DNA from: Mobula hypostoma
Lineage: Eukaryota
Direction of reading: 5' to 3'
Length of the DNA stretch: 60,000 bases
Assembly (NCBI RefSeq): GCF_963921235.1
Contig: NC_086107.1
Coordinates: 104,782,001-104,842,000 of the forward strand
This document shows positions 12,937 to 27,256 of the stretch, piece after piece. The position numbers and the translations under genes are program-made. The notes under the pieces are model-generated. The model was not told the origin of the DNA. It was given only the letters and a program-made list of their open reading frames with translations, and searched no databases. Numbering within the stretch: position 1 is the first letter of the stretch; each line of letters opens with the position of its first letter.

Positions 12937-13429
12937 CAATGCCTTTTACAGTTCCTCGTGAGCTATTGGGAGGCCTGTATTATAACCTCATTACAGTATA
13001 TTGATTGCACTTCTCGTACTCTTAACCTCTAAGTGCAATTATAACATTATTCCTGATCAGTAGTGCAATCTTTCCACCTCTTAACAACCTTCTCTATTGC
13101 ATTAGAAACATCTAAACCCTGAAATGTTGAGGTGCAATCCTGCCCTCTCTCAACCAAATCTCTATAATGGCCACAACATTTTGGTTCCATGCACTAATTC
13201 ATGGTCTAAGTTCATCTGCCTTGTTTGTAACACTTGTATTAAAGTAAACATTTCAGCCCATCTGTACCATGGTGTTCATTAGTCTGGCCCTGCTAGTCCT
13301 TCCTTCCAGACTTACTTGACCTAAACTCTGTCTTCCCCTCAATACTTCCACTTGTTGGCTTTCTGCTCTGGGTGTCATCCAGTTTAGGTGCAGGTTGTTC
13401 CCTGCCTTAGAGGAGAACCCAAAAATCTA

Positions 13430-14120
13430 TGTAGCTGAATCTTCTGGGGTCTTCTATTGTGTTCGGTGCGCCTGATGTAGCCTCCTCTACATTGGGGGAC
13501 TGCTTTGTTGAACACCTCCACACAATCTGCCACAAGTGGGACTTCCCGGTGGCTAAACATTTTAATTCCAATTTCCATTCCTGTTTTCCTCTTGTGCCAA
13601 AACGAAACCACCCTCAGGGTGTGGGAGCAACACATTATATTCCATCTGAGTACCCTCCAACCTGATGGCAGGATATCAATTTCTTCTGAAATGCTGAGTT
13701 GCAATCCTGCCCTCTCTCAACCAAATCTCTATAATGACCACAACATTTTGGTTCCATGCACTAATTCATGGTCTAAGTTCATCTGCCTTGTCTGGCCTTT
13801 TACTTCTCACTTGCCTATTAGTTCCCCCTGAATCCCTTCCTCCTTCCCTCTCTCCTATAGTTCACTCTCCTTTCCTATCAGATTCTTTTTTTCCAGCTCT
13901 TGACCTTTTCCACCCACCTGGCTTCACTTATCACCCTCCAGCTATCTTCCTTCCCCTCCTGCATCTTTTGTTTTATTCTGCCAACTTCCTTCTCAGTCCT
14001 AAGGAATGGTCTTGGCCCAAAATGTCAACTGTTTACTCTTTTCCACAGACACTGCCTGGCCTGTTGAGTGCCTCCAGTGTTTTGTGTGTGTTTCTTTGGA
14101 TTTCCAGCATCTGCAGACGT
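13430..14120 (+). mobile_element. 5'-truncated Penelope-like retroelement (GIY-YIG remnant plus 3' end)
   Basis: Frameshifted VFYCVRCA*CSLLYIG / GDCFVEHL..PVAKHFNS / EQHIIFHLSTLQPDG, pyrimidine-rich 3' UTR, hammerhead-like motif at 13994-14031. Confidence 0.82.
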
Positions 14121-16084
14121 TTTTATATTAATCCTTCCCTTAGCCACAAATTTAACTGTACTGTTATCCCCTTTCTTGTCTTAGTGGCACAGGGTGTACT
14201 CTGAGATTACAACCCTAGAGGTCCTTTTTTTTAAACTTAACTCCTTAAATTATCTTTGTACAGCCTCACCTCCCTTCATTGTCGTTGGTTCCACTACAGG
14301 CAACAATCTCTGGCTACTCACTCTCTGCTTTCTACAGTGTTATCCTTGATCTTGGCACCAGTGTGTGAGCACACCATCCAGAGTCTAGCTCATGACCACA
14401 GATGCATATCCATATCCATGACAATGAACTCCTCTATCAATATTGCTTGCCTTTTGACCATCTTGCACTGAACTACTGAATAACAGAGGCAGTCATGTGC
14501 AGCTCTTCTCAACCATCCAACCTAACCCCACCCAACAATATCCAAATGGTATACTTGATTGAGAAATAGGATGACTGAAGCCATCAGTTCCTTTTACTCC
14601 AGTCCTTGGCTATTCATTTTATCCCATTTCTAGATTACTATCGCAAAGATTGTTCAACTGCACCACCATATTCCTCAACATTTGATGCTGAAAGTCAGTC
14701 ACACCTTTATAACATGTAGCTCTTGCTTGCATTTTTGCCTGGTCACTTACCCTCACCTATCACCATAGTCAGTCTTTCTCTGAACTTGAGGTCGTCCAAA
14801 CCTTTATAGTCCACATCCTATCTTGCACTTTCTGTTGACAAAAGTATTTAATCTGCTAAGTTTATATAATACACAGAGTGGTTTAAGTAATTTCCTTCTA
14901 TAAAAGCCCTTTGTCACAAGTAAGTTCTCTTGAATATATACTGCTGCTCACCCTAACAAGATTGCACTTGCCCTAGCATAGTATTTCAATTCTTTAAAAA
15001 GCCTGAACATGAGACCAATATCATTTTTGTAAGTACATGTTTTGCTTCACTGTAGTATCCATGCGATGTGGTACAATTACTGGACCAATTTCACTAGTGT
15101 TTTAGCTTTCTAACGTATCACACAGTGGATTTTGACATTGTGTTGATTATGGGCTGCTACACTGAAGCTAATAGAAATGTTCAGGGATTAACCCACGTAC
15201 AAGTGCTGAAATACAATTTAACTACAGTGAAGCATAATCACCAGTTGTATATTTGGAATAAAATGCTTATTGCTTTAACGATATAAAGATCACATGATAA
15301 AATTGCAAATTACAAAATCTGTTGCCTAAAATCTCAATTCTTTGTCCAAAATGTATGCCAAGGCAAAGTGCTTAAAAAATATCTGATGTAACATGAACCT
15401 CAACTGTGAACACTTCTTAACTGTACAACACGGGTGTAATATTTGGCCCTACATGGTAATGGTTATGTTTGCTGTGCGTCAGACTCTTAAAGTTAGACAG
15501 GAAGTTTCGATGCTAAGTGAAATATACTAAACAGATGCTGCACAGTATACTGTTTAAATGAGTTGAAGTGAAGAATTTTGTTTACATGAAAGATAATCTG
15601 AAGCTGTGTGTTAAGAGAAAATTAATTCTTCAGACAAGGGAAAAGTCCATTAATTGTTAATTGAGTGTTGTTGAATAGTGAGGCAGAAAACTGTCAAAAT
15701 TCAAATTCTTGATATCCATCCATAATCGATGCATGATTAACCACTTGTGAGGATAAGAATGGTTGAGACTCAAATATGCATTCCACGCTTGAATATTGCT
15801 CCCAGTGTAGACATGTATGTAAAGAATTGTCCTTCTCAGAAAATGTCTGAAGTCAAACAGTTATCTCTGAAACGTTTTTCCAAAAACAGGGGAGGAGTTA
15901 AGAAATCTACCACAATATGCTACTTTTTGTTTACATTTTAAATGTTGATCAATCTAATGAAGGGTTAAATACTTCCTGAACTAATTCTACTTGGTGTGGT
16001 GAGCAGTACTGTGTATCTTGGTAATTTAATAGTGTTTGAGCCTTGAATACTATTGATAATTGTAGTGCTTTAATCATAAGTATC

Positions 16085-16420
16085 AGCTTGGCTTAATTGG
16101 TCACATTCCCTTGTCCAACTTGGAAGTTAAGATAAGTGTAAGTCCATATGACGACATAAAATCTATCTAATACTGAGGTTTCACTGATCTTTTCAGTTGA
16201 ATAAAAACTCATGTTGTTTCTTGAGGAAGAAGTTTTTAGTTACTTTTTCCCCCAATGGAAAACATTACTAATCATTTATCTTGCTGCCATTGCAGAGCTT
16301 TGCCACGTACAAAATGGTCGCCACATTTGCCAATGTAGCAATAAATGGCTGCACTTCAAATGAATGTTATGTGCTTTGAGTGGTTTTACAAAGAGGTTAT
16401 ATAAGAAAATACATTTGTTT
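16085..16420 (+). mobile_element. Ancient DeuSINE-like remnant
   Basis: tRNA-like head (cagcttggcttaattggt) and Deu-core-like tttgccacgtacaaaatggtcgccacattt. Confidence 0.5.
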
Positions 16421-16887
16421 TTTCTTCTTCTTTGTGTTGCAGTTTCATCTGTTACTGGTTTGGATCATTTTTGATAAACTTTACTGTTATTCAAAAAGAA
16501 GAAATCAAATGAAAGGTTTTTAAATTGAGCAATTATTCTGATTGTAAACTTCATTTTTAGTTCACCATTAAAACGTAGAGCTAGAGCAGAAATGTGGAGC
16601 AAAAAAATTTCTATAATTTTTTTTGACATTATGCCAACCATGTTATGTTTACATTTTCCCCATGGGAAAATCTGTATTTACCAATTTGATTCCACAGTTT
16701 TACTGCTATATACCCACTTACTATATTTTGAAAAATCTGTAGTATCAACTAAAATTTTAAATTGGGTATTTTTAGCTATTCAGCAAATCTAATGCAGACA
16801 GTAGCTAGGATATGAAAATCAATAAAATTCCATTTTAGATGCTGTACAATTGTACATTATGTCCTTAATATGCATTATATGTTAATC

Positions 16888-18438
16888 TTTTGGTGAATGT
16901 ATGGAAGGCAGTTGGTCCAGGTAGAATACCTGGCCGTGTGCTCAGAGTCTGTGCAGGGCAGTTGGCCGGGGTCTTCACGGACATTTTTAATCTGTCCCTG
17001 GCCCAGGCAGTTGTCCCCATAAGCTTCAAGATCATCACCATTGTGCCAGTGCCAAAGTATTCCACTGCCACAGGCCTGAATGACTTCCGCCCAGTTGCAC
17101 TCACCTCCATCATTGCAAAGTGCTTTGAAAGACTGGTTCGATCACATCTGAAATCCTGTCTGCCCACTACCCTGGACCCCCATCAATTTGCCTATCGCAA
17201 CAACAGGTCAACAGAGGACGCCATCTCCATGGTACTTCACTCTGCCCTGACCCACCTGGACAGCCCCAACTCTTATGTCAGAATGCTGTTCACTGACTTT
17301 AGTTCAGCATTCAATACTGTGATCCCCTCCAAGCTGATCGCCAAACTTCACCAGCTTGGTATCAGCTTATCCCTCTGCAATTGGACCTTGGACTTTCTGA
17401 CTAACAGACCCCAATCAGTTAAGTTAGACAACCTCTGTTCCTCCACTCTCACCCTGAACACCGGTGTGCCTCAAGGCTGAGTGCTAAGCCCTCTTCTGTA
17501 TTCCCTTTTCACCTATGACTACGTTCCTGTACATGGTTCTAACTCCATAATCAAGTTCGCAGGCGACACCACAGTGGTTGGCCTGATCAGAGGGGATGAC
17601 GAGACGGCCTACAGGGACGAGGTCCAGCACCTGGCCGTGTGGTGTGCCGACAACAACCTGGCCCTTAACACCCAGAAGACCAAGGAGATCATTATGGACT
17701 TCAGGCATGCTAGGAGCCACACTCACGTCCCCATCTACATCAACGGAGCTGTAGTGGAGCATGTATCAAGCTTCAAGTTCCTTGGTGTCCACATTTCCGA
17801 GGATCTCACCTGGTCCCTGAACTCCTCCATCCTGGTCAAAAAGGCAGAACAGCGCCTTTATTTCCTGCGGAGCATGAAGGAAGCTCACCTCCGTCCCAGG
17901 ATACTGACGGACTTTTACCGCTGTACCATTGAGAGCATGCGCACCAACTGCATCTCAGTGTGGTATGGCAATTGTCCAGTATCGGACCGCAAAGCACTCC
18001 AGCGTGTGGTGAAACCTGCCCAGCGGATTATTGGCACCCAATTGCCTGACATTGAGAACATCTACCATAAACGCTGCCTGGGCAGGGCGATAAGCATTAT
18101 CAAGGATACATCTCACCCTAACTATGAACTTTTTACTCTCCTCCCATCCAGTAGGCGCTACAGGAGCCTCTGCTCCTGCACCAGCAGGTGCAGGAAGAGC
18201 TTCTTCCCTGAGGCTGTGACCCTGCTGAACCTCACACCACAATGCTAATCAGTATTCTACCCATGTTGTACTGTCTCAGTACTTTTATATTTGTGTGCTG
18301 TAGCACTTACTTTTTATTTGCAGTTATTTTGTAAATAACACTCTTCTTTGCATTTCTGGTCAGATGCTAACTTCATTTCATTGGCTTTGTATCTGTACTC
18401 GGCACAATGACAATGAAGTTAAATCTAATCTGATCTAA
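16888..18438 (+). mobile_element. 5'-truncated Rex1/Babar-clade LINE, reverse transcriptase pseudogene
   Basis: ORFs 16890-17480 and 17481-18248 are one frame broken by TGA in GVPQG*VLSP. Motifs [16 protein letters not shown], and FAGDT in place of catalytic FADDT. Tail of short repeats aatctaatctgatct. Confidence 0.93.
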
Positions 18439-18654
18439 AACATTTGATACAATTAACAATCCTCCTCTCTCTGTTATCCTGCTCAGTTGAGACTGCTGGT
18501 ACTTGATTCCAATCTTATCTAATGCATAGCCAGAGTTTTTCTAGTGCATTCAAGTTTGCACTAATCCTTTGGAGATTCTCAGTGATATGGAATCAAGCTT
18601 TCTGTCTGTTTCCAAAACCCATCTCCCAACCAATGCTCTATTTATTAAAAAAAA

Positions 18655-19405
18655 CAAATTACTAGACAACTGTAACTGACTGGGTTAGTCAGCATCAGCA
18701 GAGATAAAGGGATAGACTATTTCCAATGCATCTTCCTCTTTTATCTCACCCCTTCCTATCTAGTTATTTTAAACTGAAACAGCAATTTGTTTATCCCCTT
18801 CCAACTCATTCCATTACATTCGATGCTTGCAATGTGATCTTCTGAACAATGAAGAAGCCAAACTGATGGGGTGACTGCTTTGCAAAACACTTGTATTCAG
18901 TTTAGAAGGGCATCCCTAGCATTCCAATTCTATATCCTACTTTGACTGTGGTCTCCCAAGTTGTTCCAGTGTAAACCAACTGAGAACCAATAATTCGAGA
19001 TTGAATTCAGCAATGTCAGATAATTTGATTTTCCTGGATGTCTCAAAGCTATCCATTTCTTTTGGATGGTTAAGCATGTATAATATTAAACTCTGTTTTT
19101 TCACTGTCCACAGACATCACGATCTGGTGGGAACTTCTGCCATTTTTATTTTGGATTCAGCAACACCTCTGGCTTGTGTATAACAGCCAGTAAATCCTAT
19201 CTGCCCTCATTCATTTATTAAGACAGTACCTCTGTAAACATTAGGATTATGTGGCCTCATCTTACCAGAGAAATTCTGTCCTATCAACCCTTCCCAACCT
19301 TCCCTGCAACTTCAAACAAACTTGTTTTCTTACTTCTCTGTTTCAGTTCCTCTTCTGTTGATGCTGCCTGACCTGCTGAGTGTTTCCAGCACTTTTTGTT
19401 TTTAT
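18655..19405. mobile_element. Old Penelope-like fragments
   Basis: Decayed GIY-YIG-like segment near 18820-19010 (gggtgactgctttgcaaaacac) and 3' tail gatgctgcctgacctgctgagtgtttccagca near 19360-19400. Confidence 0.5.
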
Positions 19406-20070
19406 TCTATCAATACATCTTTCTGCCTGTTCACAAATTTATGCTTAGTTACCTTCTCAAATATATTTGGCTGCCATGATCCTAACACTCAATTAAAAAT
19501 GTGTTACTGTTATTATTATAATTTGGTCCATGTCATGTTTGTACCCTTGCTTGCATCAGCCCACCCCCACTGACTCTTGCACCACCCCTCCACCTACCGT
19601 TGGCTTCAGTGTTGATAAAGGAGGTACCTCAGGGATATTCTTGCAGCTGTTTCTATAAATCCCTGGGCCTTGCTTCTGTACTTCATACAAAAAAAAAATA
19701 AACTTTGATAGTGCTTTACTGTAAAATTGCACTGACTGAGCAAACCAATAAGATGTATCAATTGATACCTTGCATGTCCGACTTTGCTGATTTTGGTGAG
19801 GGTATTAAAACCACCTTCTGCCTCTCAGTTAGGGAGTGGACGAAACAAATCAGCCAGATGTTTGCATGTGCTATCAGTGACTTTTTTGGACTGTGAAGGT
19901 GAATAGATAGATAGTATAGATAGCTTTGGATTCAGTGGTTATCGTCTTCTACAATAAATGGCTTTCAGCATTTCCTATTTAACTAGAAACATGTCTCCTT
20001 GGTGTGCCCCAGCATCTCTTACACCAGCATCTGCTTCCCAGGAAAGGAATTTGTTTTACTTCTGTAGTTT

Positions 20071-20118
20071 CTCTTCTCCTCCTCCCCCGCCCCCCCCCCC
20101 ACCACCACCACCACCACT
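20071..20118 (+). repeat. C-rich simple repeat (CCT)n-polyC-(CCA)n
   Basis: ctcttctcctcctcccccgccccccccccc accaccaccaccacca seen directly. Confidence 0.9.
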
Positions 20119-20345
20119 GGGCTCGGTGCAAACTTCGCTAGTTAGCTGGCTCTGCTAACAACCACATGGCTCAGCAGTGAGAAGCCCACATTTCACAAGC
20201 AATATATATCTGGGATTGGTGTGATTTGGGGTTCAACCAAGCAGGGACGTCATGATGGTCCAATTAAAGAAACCTCGATTTGAGCAACTGCTGTGTAGAT
20301 GCTGCCCGTACACAATTTTTGGTCAGCAAGAATGTTAACCTTTAT

Positions 20346-21385
20346 ATTGAATTGACTTTATTACTTATAGCCTTCATATACATGAGGAGTAAAAATCTTT
20401 TCGTTACATCTCTGTCTATGTGCAGTGAGCAATTTTATAGTAATTTGTAATAAATAGTATGTACAACAGGGCAGTCAGTATAACATAGAAATACAATTGT
20501 ATCAGCGTGAATTAATTAGTCTGATGGCCTGGTGGAAGAAGCTTTCCCAGAGCCTGTTGGTCCTGGCTTTTATGCTGCGGTGCTATTTCCCAGATGGTAG
20601 CAGTTGGAACAATTTGTGGTTGGGGTGACTCAGGTCCCCAATGATCCTTCGGGCCCTTTTTACACACCTGTCTTTGTAAATGTTCTGAATAGTGGGAAGT
20701 TCACATCAACAGATGCGCTGGGCTGTCTGCACCACTCTCTGCAGAGCCCTGTGGTTGAGGGAAGTACAGTTCCCATACCAGGCAGTGATGCAGCCAGTCA
20801 GAATGCTCTCAACTGTGCCCCTGTAGAAAGTTCTTAGGATTTGGGGGCCCAAACCCAAAATACTTGAACCATCTGAGGTGAAAGAGGCACTGTTGTGCTT
20901 TCTTCAGCACACAGCCGATATGTACAGACCACGTGAGATCCTGGGTGATGTGTATGCCGAGGAACTTAAAGTTGTTCACCCTCCCAACCCAAGATGTATT
21001 GATGTCAATAGGGGTTAGCTTGTCTCCATTCCTCCTGTAGTTCACAACCAACTAGCTCCTTTGTCTTTGCGGCATTGAAAGAGACATTGTTTTCTTGATA
21101 CCACTGTGTCAGGGTGATGACTTCTCTGTAGGCTGCCTCATTATTATTTGAGATTAGGCCAATTAATATAGTATCATCAGCAAATTTAATTAGCAGATTG
21201 GAGCTGTGGGTGGTGACATAGTCATGGGTATAGAGAGTAAGGAGGAGGCTGAGGACATAGCCCTGAGGGGCATCTGTGTTCAGGGGCAGAGGTGAGGGAG
21301 CCCACTCATACCACCTGATGGTGATCTGACAGGAAGTCCAGGATCTAGCTACTCAAGGCAGGGTGAAGGCCAAGGTCTCTAAGCT
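20346..21385 (-). mobile_element. Rex1/Babar LINE 3' fragment
   Basis: Minus ORF ...VNNFKFLGIHITQDLTWSVH..KKAQQCLFHLR is homologous to the 16888 element. PQG-like motif near 21262. Confidence 0.85.
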
Positions 21386-21386
21386 C

Positions 21387-21980
21387 TGAATAACAGGTCG
21401 TACATCACATAACATTACAAAAAAAGTATATTTACAAATTTTAGCTTTATTTGACAGTTAGTAGGAAATTGAAAAGAAAAAATAATAAAAGGGCACTTTA
21501 CAGGTAAACCAGTCCAATGTGCTCATCCTGGAGTTGTCTTTTTCTCATGTGCAGGACTCATGTTCTGTGTGAAAACACACACATTCCAAACTTCACTCGA
21601 AATCCATCTCAAACACTCAGGCTGCCTCTCGGGAGTATTGGTCCTTCCTCCTTGGAACCATTGATCTGCTCAGAGCACTTCGTGCAACAGGGACGCTCCT
21701 TCCCACAGCATCCTCAGGCATCTTCCCTCCTGTTCTCTCCGTAGCTCCCTCCAAAAAGACCCCGAACCAGACTACTGCCCTCTCCGTCCTGCTCTCTCTA
21801 CAATTTACCTCGATTACAGCATCTTGATTGGCTGACACAACATTCCTAAGATGAACAGCAAGGCTTCTTATCTCTAACCGAAACCAAAACATTCTACCAG
21901 CAGGACACACTGCTTTTGCAGAAACTGCTAGAATGAAATACCTACAGCATTGCATTGGAAATCTTAACCAGGGTGTCACA
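21387..21980 (-). mobile_element. Probable solo LTR
   Basis: Minus strand starts TGTGACACCCTGG and ends ...TTATTCA with AATAAA near the 3' end. No clear target duplication. Confidence 0.5.
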
Positions 21981-22719
21981 TTAAGATTAAAAATGATGTA
22001 ATATTCTGTAAGAAAACTGTTTCAGAACCTACTGCAGGTGTGGAAAAATTGAAGTAAAACAAAATGTTAGATATGTTCAGTAAGTCAATAAAACAATATT
22101 TGTGGAGGGATAAGCAGGGTTAACATTTTAGACCAAAGGACTTTTATCAACAGGGTTTAGGTTTATTTTCTATGTATGTATCCATCCATTAATTTGTTTC
22201 CTAAAAAGATTGGATGCTTTTCCAGCCATTTAGTATGAATGGCCTGCAGCGTTTTTAATTAGCCTTTTACAGACTAATTGTTATCCAGCTAATCAAGAGT
22301 TAATAGCTGGAAAATTCCAACGTAACTGGATTAAATTATAGAACGTGAGTTAGATTATTTCTAACTAACAGAATTGGATTTCATTTTGACATATTTAACC
22401 TCATTATTTTTGTTGCACAGTTCATAACTTGAGTCCAGAACTAATAATTCAGTGCTGGAGCTCTAGACAAGCTTTCCCTTCTTTCACTATTAACTTCCTG
22501 AATTGCTTGTGCAACTGATGGCAGCTTTTAAAGTGACAGAAGAGCATAACAATATTAATCAGTTCCTTGAAAATGTGGTAGATTCTATATGTGACTTGCC
22601 CTACCTAGTGCATTGGTATCTTATGACCAATTCTGTACAGTGGGAAAATGATATGGATAATATACAAACATATTGAACTCTGCTTTGAAGTGAATTGTCT
22701 GAGAAGATTGCTGCAAATT

Positions 22720-23760
22720 CTTAATGAAATGACAAGCTTGGAGCAGGGTTTTGGCTAAGTTGGACCCCCAGGCTGCTTTTCATTTAGATAAGATTATGGT
22801 TGATCTGATCTTCAATTTTCTGCCCAATGTTCATAAGCCTTGATTCCTCAAGTTCAAAGATTTCAACTAGCTCAAATTTTAATATCCTTGATATGTCACT
22901 TTCCACAACATTCTATGGTAGAGAATTCTTTAGTTTTGCATCCTTCTGAAAAAGACACCCTTCTCATTTTGTTTAAGCAGTAGATCCCTTGTTCTGAGTT
23001 TCTTTGCTCTTAACTTACGACAACCCTTTTGTGGGATCTATCTTTCCTGTGAAGCCTTCTCAGAATCTCATCTTAATGAGATTAACTTATTGTTTAATAT
23101 TCCAGAGAATTTAGACCCTTCTTGCTAAATAAACCTTTCCCCTTTATAGAACCTACACAGCACTTTGTCTAAGGCAAGGACAGTCTTTTAAATAAGGAGA
23201 ACAAACTCCAGATCGGGGCTCACAAAGGCCCAGTACGGTTGTAGTAGACTTGTATACTCCATTGTTTTTTGCAATAAAGACCAATATTCCATTTAACATT
23301 TTAATTACTTGCTCTGCCTGCACTCCATCCTCGTACAAGAAATAGTTATTTGAAGCTATCTTGCAACAGTTTAATAAAACAGGGAACATTTCATTCCATG
23401 ATATAGTACTCCATCAGCTATTTTTGTGAACTTGCAGAACTTATCTTAACTCCATTTTGGGAGACATCATGCCTAGCTCACAATTTAATTTCCCACTTTG
23501 AGCCATTTCCCTTCAAGTTATTAATATAGATCATAAAGAGCTGATGACCTAACACAGATAATTGAGGTATCCTGCTCATTTAAGCATGCCAACATGAAAA
23601 TCATTTAATGTTTCTTTTATGTGTGTGAACCAGTTCTTTATCCATTGTAATATGTTAACTCTTAATCCCACAAGCATTTATCTTTTGCAGTAACCTTTTT
23701 TGTAGCACCTTATCAAATTTGCAAAAACAAGTAGTTGACCAGTGAAGCATTGGAAAGCAA
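22720..23760 (-). mobile_element. Decayed CR1 LINE 3' portion
   Basis: Minus-strand remnant VQAEQVIKMLNGILVFIAK...YKS...CSPYLKD resembles CR1 ORF2. Boundaries approximate. Confidence 0.6.
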
Positions 23761-24069
23761 TCTCAAAGACTGCGTGTATTCTGGTAGATAAGCAGAGGGT
23801 GGAATGAAGGGTGGTTGTTTCAGCACTGGAGGTGTTCCACTTTACAGTAAGTAGCCTTGGCTCAGAGACCAAGATAAATAGTACACCATCCTGGGGCAAA
23901 ACAGTAATACTCAACATCAACTTCCTGTATTATGTAGATTTGCTAATTTCATCATTGGAACAAAAGAGGGCCGCTGTTTTTTTGGGAGTCTTGTGAGAAT
24001 CTGGTAACTGGCCTCAATGGCTATCATCCCGTAACATTTACATCCATTGTGATATAGTGCTTTGAGAGG

Positions 24070-24690
24070 TTGGTGATGAAACATTATCAACTCCTGCCTG
24101 AGAAGAGACTTGGATCTGCTTTAATTTGTCTACCATCACAGTAAGTCAACAGCAGGTGCCATTTCATTGACTCTTCCCTCAAACCTGGAATGTCTGGACA
24201 GTGAAGATGCATACATCAGGACTTCATTAACTACAGTTCAGCATTCAATACTATCATCTTCTCTAAACTAATCAATAAGCTTCAAGACCAAGACCTCAAA
24301 ACCTCCTTGTGCTTAGACCCTACCTGTACCTATTCACCTTCTATTTATGACTGGGAGGCCTCAGCATAGCTGACGACACCACTGTAATTGGCCAAATAAA
24401 AGGTTGTGACAAATCAGCATATAGGAGGCAGATTGAAAATCTAGCTGAGTAGTGCCACAGCAACAACCTCTCACTCAAATGTCAGCAAGACCAAGGAGCT
24501 GATTATTGACTTCAGGAGGAGGAAACCAGAGAGTCATGAGCCAGTTCTCTTTGGGAGAATCAGAGGTAGAGAGGGTCAGCAACTTTAATTTCCTCAATGG
24601 TTATAATTTCAAAGGATTTTTCCTGGCTCCAGCACATAATTGCCATTATGAAGTAAACACAGCAGCCCCCTCTACTTAGAAGTTTTCAAT
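24070..24690 (+). mobile_element. Decayed Rex1/Babar LINE fragment
   Basis: tacagttcagcattcaatact (YSSAFNT), gctgacgacaccact (ADDTT), aagaccaaggagctgattattgacttcagg (KTKELIIDFR). Confidence 0.8.
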
Positions 24691-27256
24691 ATTTTCACAA
24701 CGGTAGAATTTATTATAGTTGTAACTACTATGTGTTGGAAGTATTCACTGTTGTCAAGTACACTGCAAACCTGCTTTAGTGCATTCTTTCACTCTTTTTG
24801 TGTTGTGAATAGTGTCATTCCTTTCCCATTTGACATTAATTGTGAATTGGGCTAACCAGCTAACACTGGCAATGCCCAAAGTTCCCCTGTTAGTATTTAC
24901 AGCTATTGGTCTTAGAAACGCTATATTTGAAAAATGGACAAGTGTAGCATTTAATATTCAAAGTGACCTTCATAGGTGATCTTAAATTGAGAAAGGACAC
25001 AGTAATCTTAAAGAAATAAACATAATAAAATTACAAATTTGCCTTTTAAAGGATATCTGCACATGTTAATGTTTTCCCATATAGTAGTGTTAGAGACAGT
25101 TAACTATTGCCTTTGTGTGTAATGGTCATTTCAAATCTCTAGTGTTGAATAAAATCTGAGGATGTATACAGTATACAACCTGAAATCCTTACACTTCGCA
25201 GACATCCACAAAACAGAGGGGAAAATCATAGTCATACTTTATTGATCCTGGGGGAAATTGGTTTTCGTTACAGTTGCACCATAAATAATTAAATAGTAAT
25301 AAAACCGTAAATAGTTAAATAGTAATATGTAAATTATGCCAGGACCAGCCTATTGGCTCAGGATGTCTGACCCTCCAAGGGTCTAGAGACCAAGGAATGA
25401 ATGACAGAAAAACCCAGAGGACCCCCCTCCCCTCCCCCCTTCTGCAAAAGGACCACCCATCACTCATCGAAGAATTCCTTGTATGGCATGGTAATTGATG
25501 GTATGGTTGAATTGAGTCAGTGGGGTCATGGCTGAAATGAATTTAACTCCATCCATTTGGCATCATACTGTATCCCATAATTGAGGAATGTTGGTTTGGT
25601 GTTTAAATTGCTGCATTGATCATCTAAAGATTTGGATGAGCAAATTGGAGGTGCAAGTTCAAACCCTAACACAGAAAATGGGGGGAAATTCAAATTCAGT
25701 TAATGGAATGATTTTTGTGACTATGAAACGGCTGTATTCATTAATTTATGATTTCTGCTACTAATAGGCTTCCTGTAACCAGATGCAGACTGTTAGCAAT
25801 GTGCATGATTTTTAACTAATGGCATCGGAAGCTACTGTTTTTAAAAACAATGTTGTGTTAAAACAAAAGAAAGAATAAAACTACAAACATCCAGCATTGC
25901 CAAAGGCATCAGATTTGGACATGGCTTAGTCACTATCAGGACAGTTAACCTTGAAAAATCCTCCTTACAAATGTCTGGGGACTGATGTCTATATTGGGAG
26001 AGCTGTCCTGCAATCTAGTTGAACAAAGTTCAATACAGCAAAGTTCAATATTGCACCCTTGAAATCATTACATGAAGTTCATATTCTAACCTCTTTTACA
26101 GTTACTGAGAACATCCTATCCCCGCAGAATAGGGAGGAATGCCCTGATTTTCTTTAATGCCTAGCTCAAGAAGTTTTGTGAATTCAGGCCAAACAAAAGG
26201 AAACCCGATTACCATGTACCGTCATCATTAAGGTGGTGAACTTGAGAATGGTCAGGGCACAGTGTCTATTCCAGATGGGACTTCAATATCCATTGCAAAG
26301 AGTAACCACATATACCAAGCCAAACAAATCATGAAAGTTCATAGCAAATAAACATGGGAAAAATCTGCTTAAACTATTCACCCATTTACCTTTTGCAAGG
26401 CCATCTGTAAATAACAATATTGTAGGAGCAATCACTGCTTAATACTTGAGGACTACCTCCACTATAGTGTATGGACTAACTGATCGTGGTAAATGACTAT
26501 TTCAGAATAGATTTAGCAGCTCAAAGGCTGATGATCTATGAGGTACTGGGAGCTATCAACAGCAGTACAATTGCATCCATCTGCAATCTGTAACCTCCTG
26601 GGTCTGGTATATCTGTCATGAATATGCATCTTTGAGCCCAAGTCTGGTTCATTGAGAAATGTAAAAGGACATGCTGCATCATCACCAACTGTATCTTTTA
26701 TTTAAAAAAGGCTGTGAATTCTTCATTACCAGAATGCAGAGCCACGTATACTAAACGAAAATAGCAATCGATAGAGTTTAGTAATCTCACAAACAAATGA
26801 TCAGATTAAATGTCTGCAAGCCTCTCGTATCGAGTTTTGTATAGTGGAGCACAATTAACTAAATAATGAGGAAGTGGTTCCAATACTGTGAATTGTCACT
26901 TGTTGCATAGCCCATCTGTGAGTACCAAAGAAGATCAAAGGACTGTAAAACTCCAAAGACCTACTATGTTGAATAATCCATCCTCCCAAAATTTCTGGCA
27001 TCACAGAAGCCAGTCTTCTGGTAATTTGATTCACTCCATGTGATTTCAGAAAATGGTTCAGAGAACTGGATATAGCAAAGGCTTGGAGACAGAACACTGC
27101 GCTTTTAGTATTGAAGACTTGTGCTCTAAAGTTAGTCATGCTGTTGAGCTGACTAACTCTGAATGTTACTACAACACTGGCATCTAATCAACAATATTTT
27201 TTAAAAATGCCCATGTGTCCTATTCACATTCCAAATCAGCTAATAACTATTCCATA

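Larger units (their letters stand above)
10070..13380 (-). mobile_element. Long decayed CR1 LINE carrying nested insertions
   Basis: Minus-strand RT remnant DDLDKNVGKVISRLVDDAKI (a decayed ISKFADDTKI motif), with further CR1-like sequence to about 13380. Interrupted near 10435, 11079 and 12117. Confidence 0.7.

Noticed and set aside
19958..20158. Polyproline ORF resembling the RBFOX proline tract
   Set aside because: The prolines come from a simple C-rich repeat, with no RBFOX motifs or convincing splice sites.
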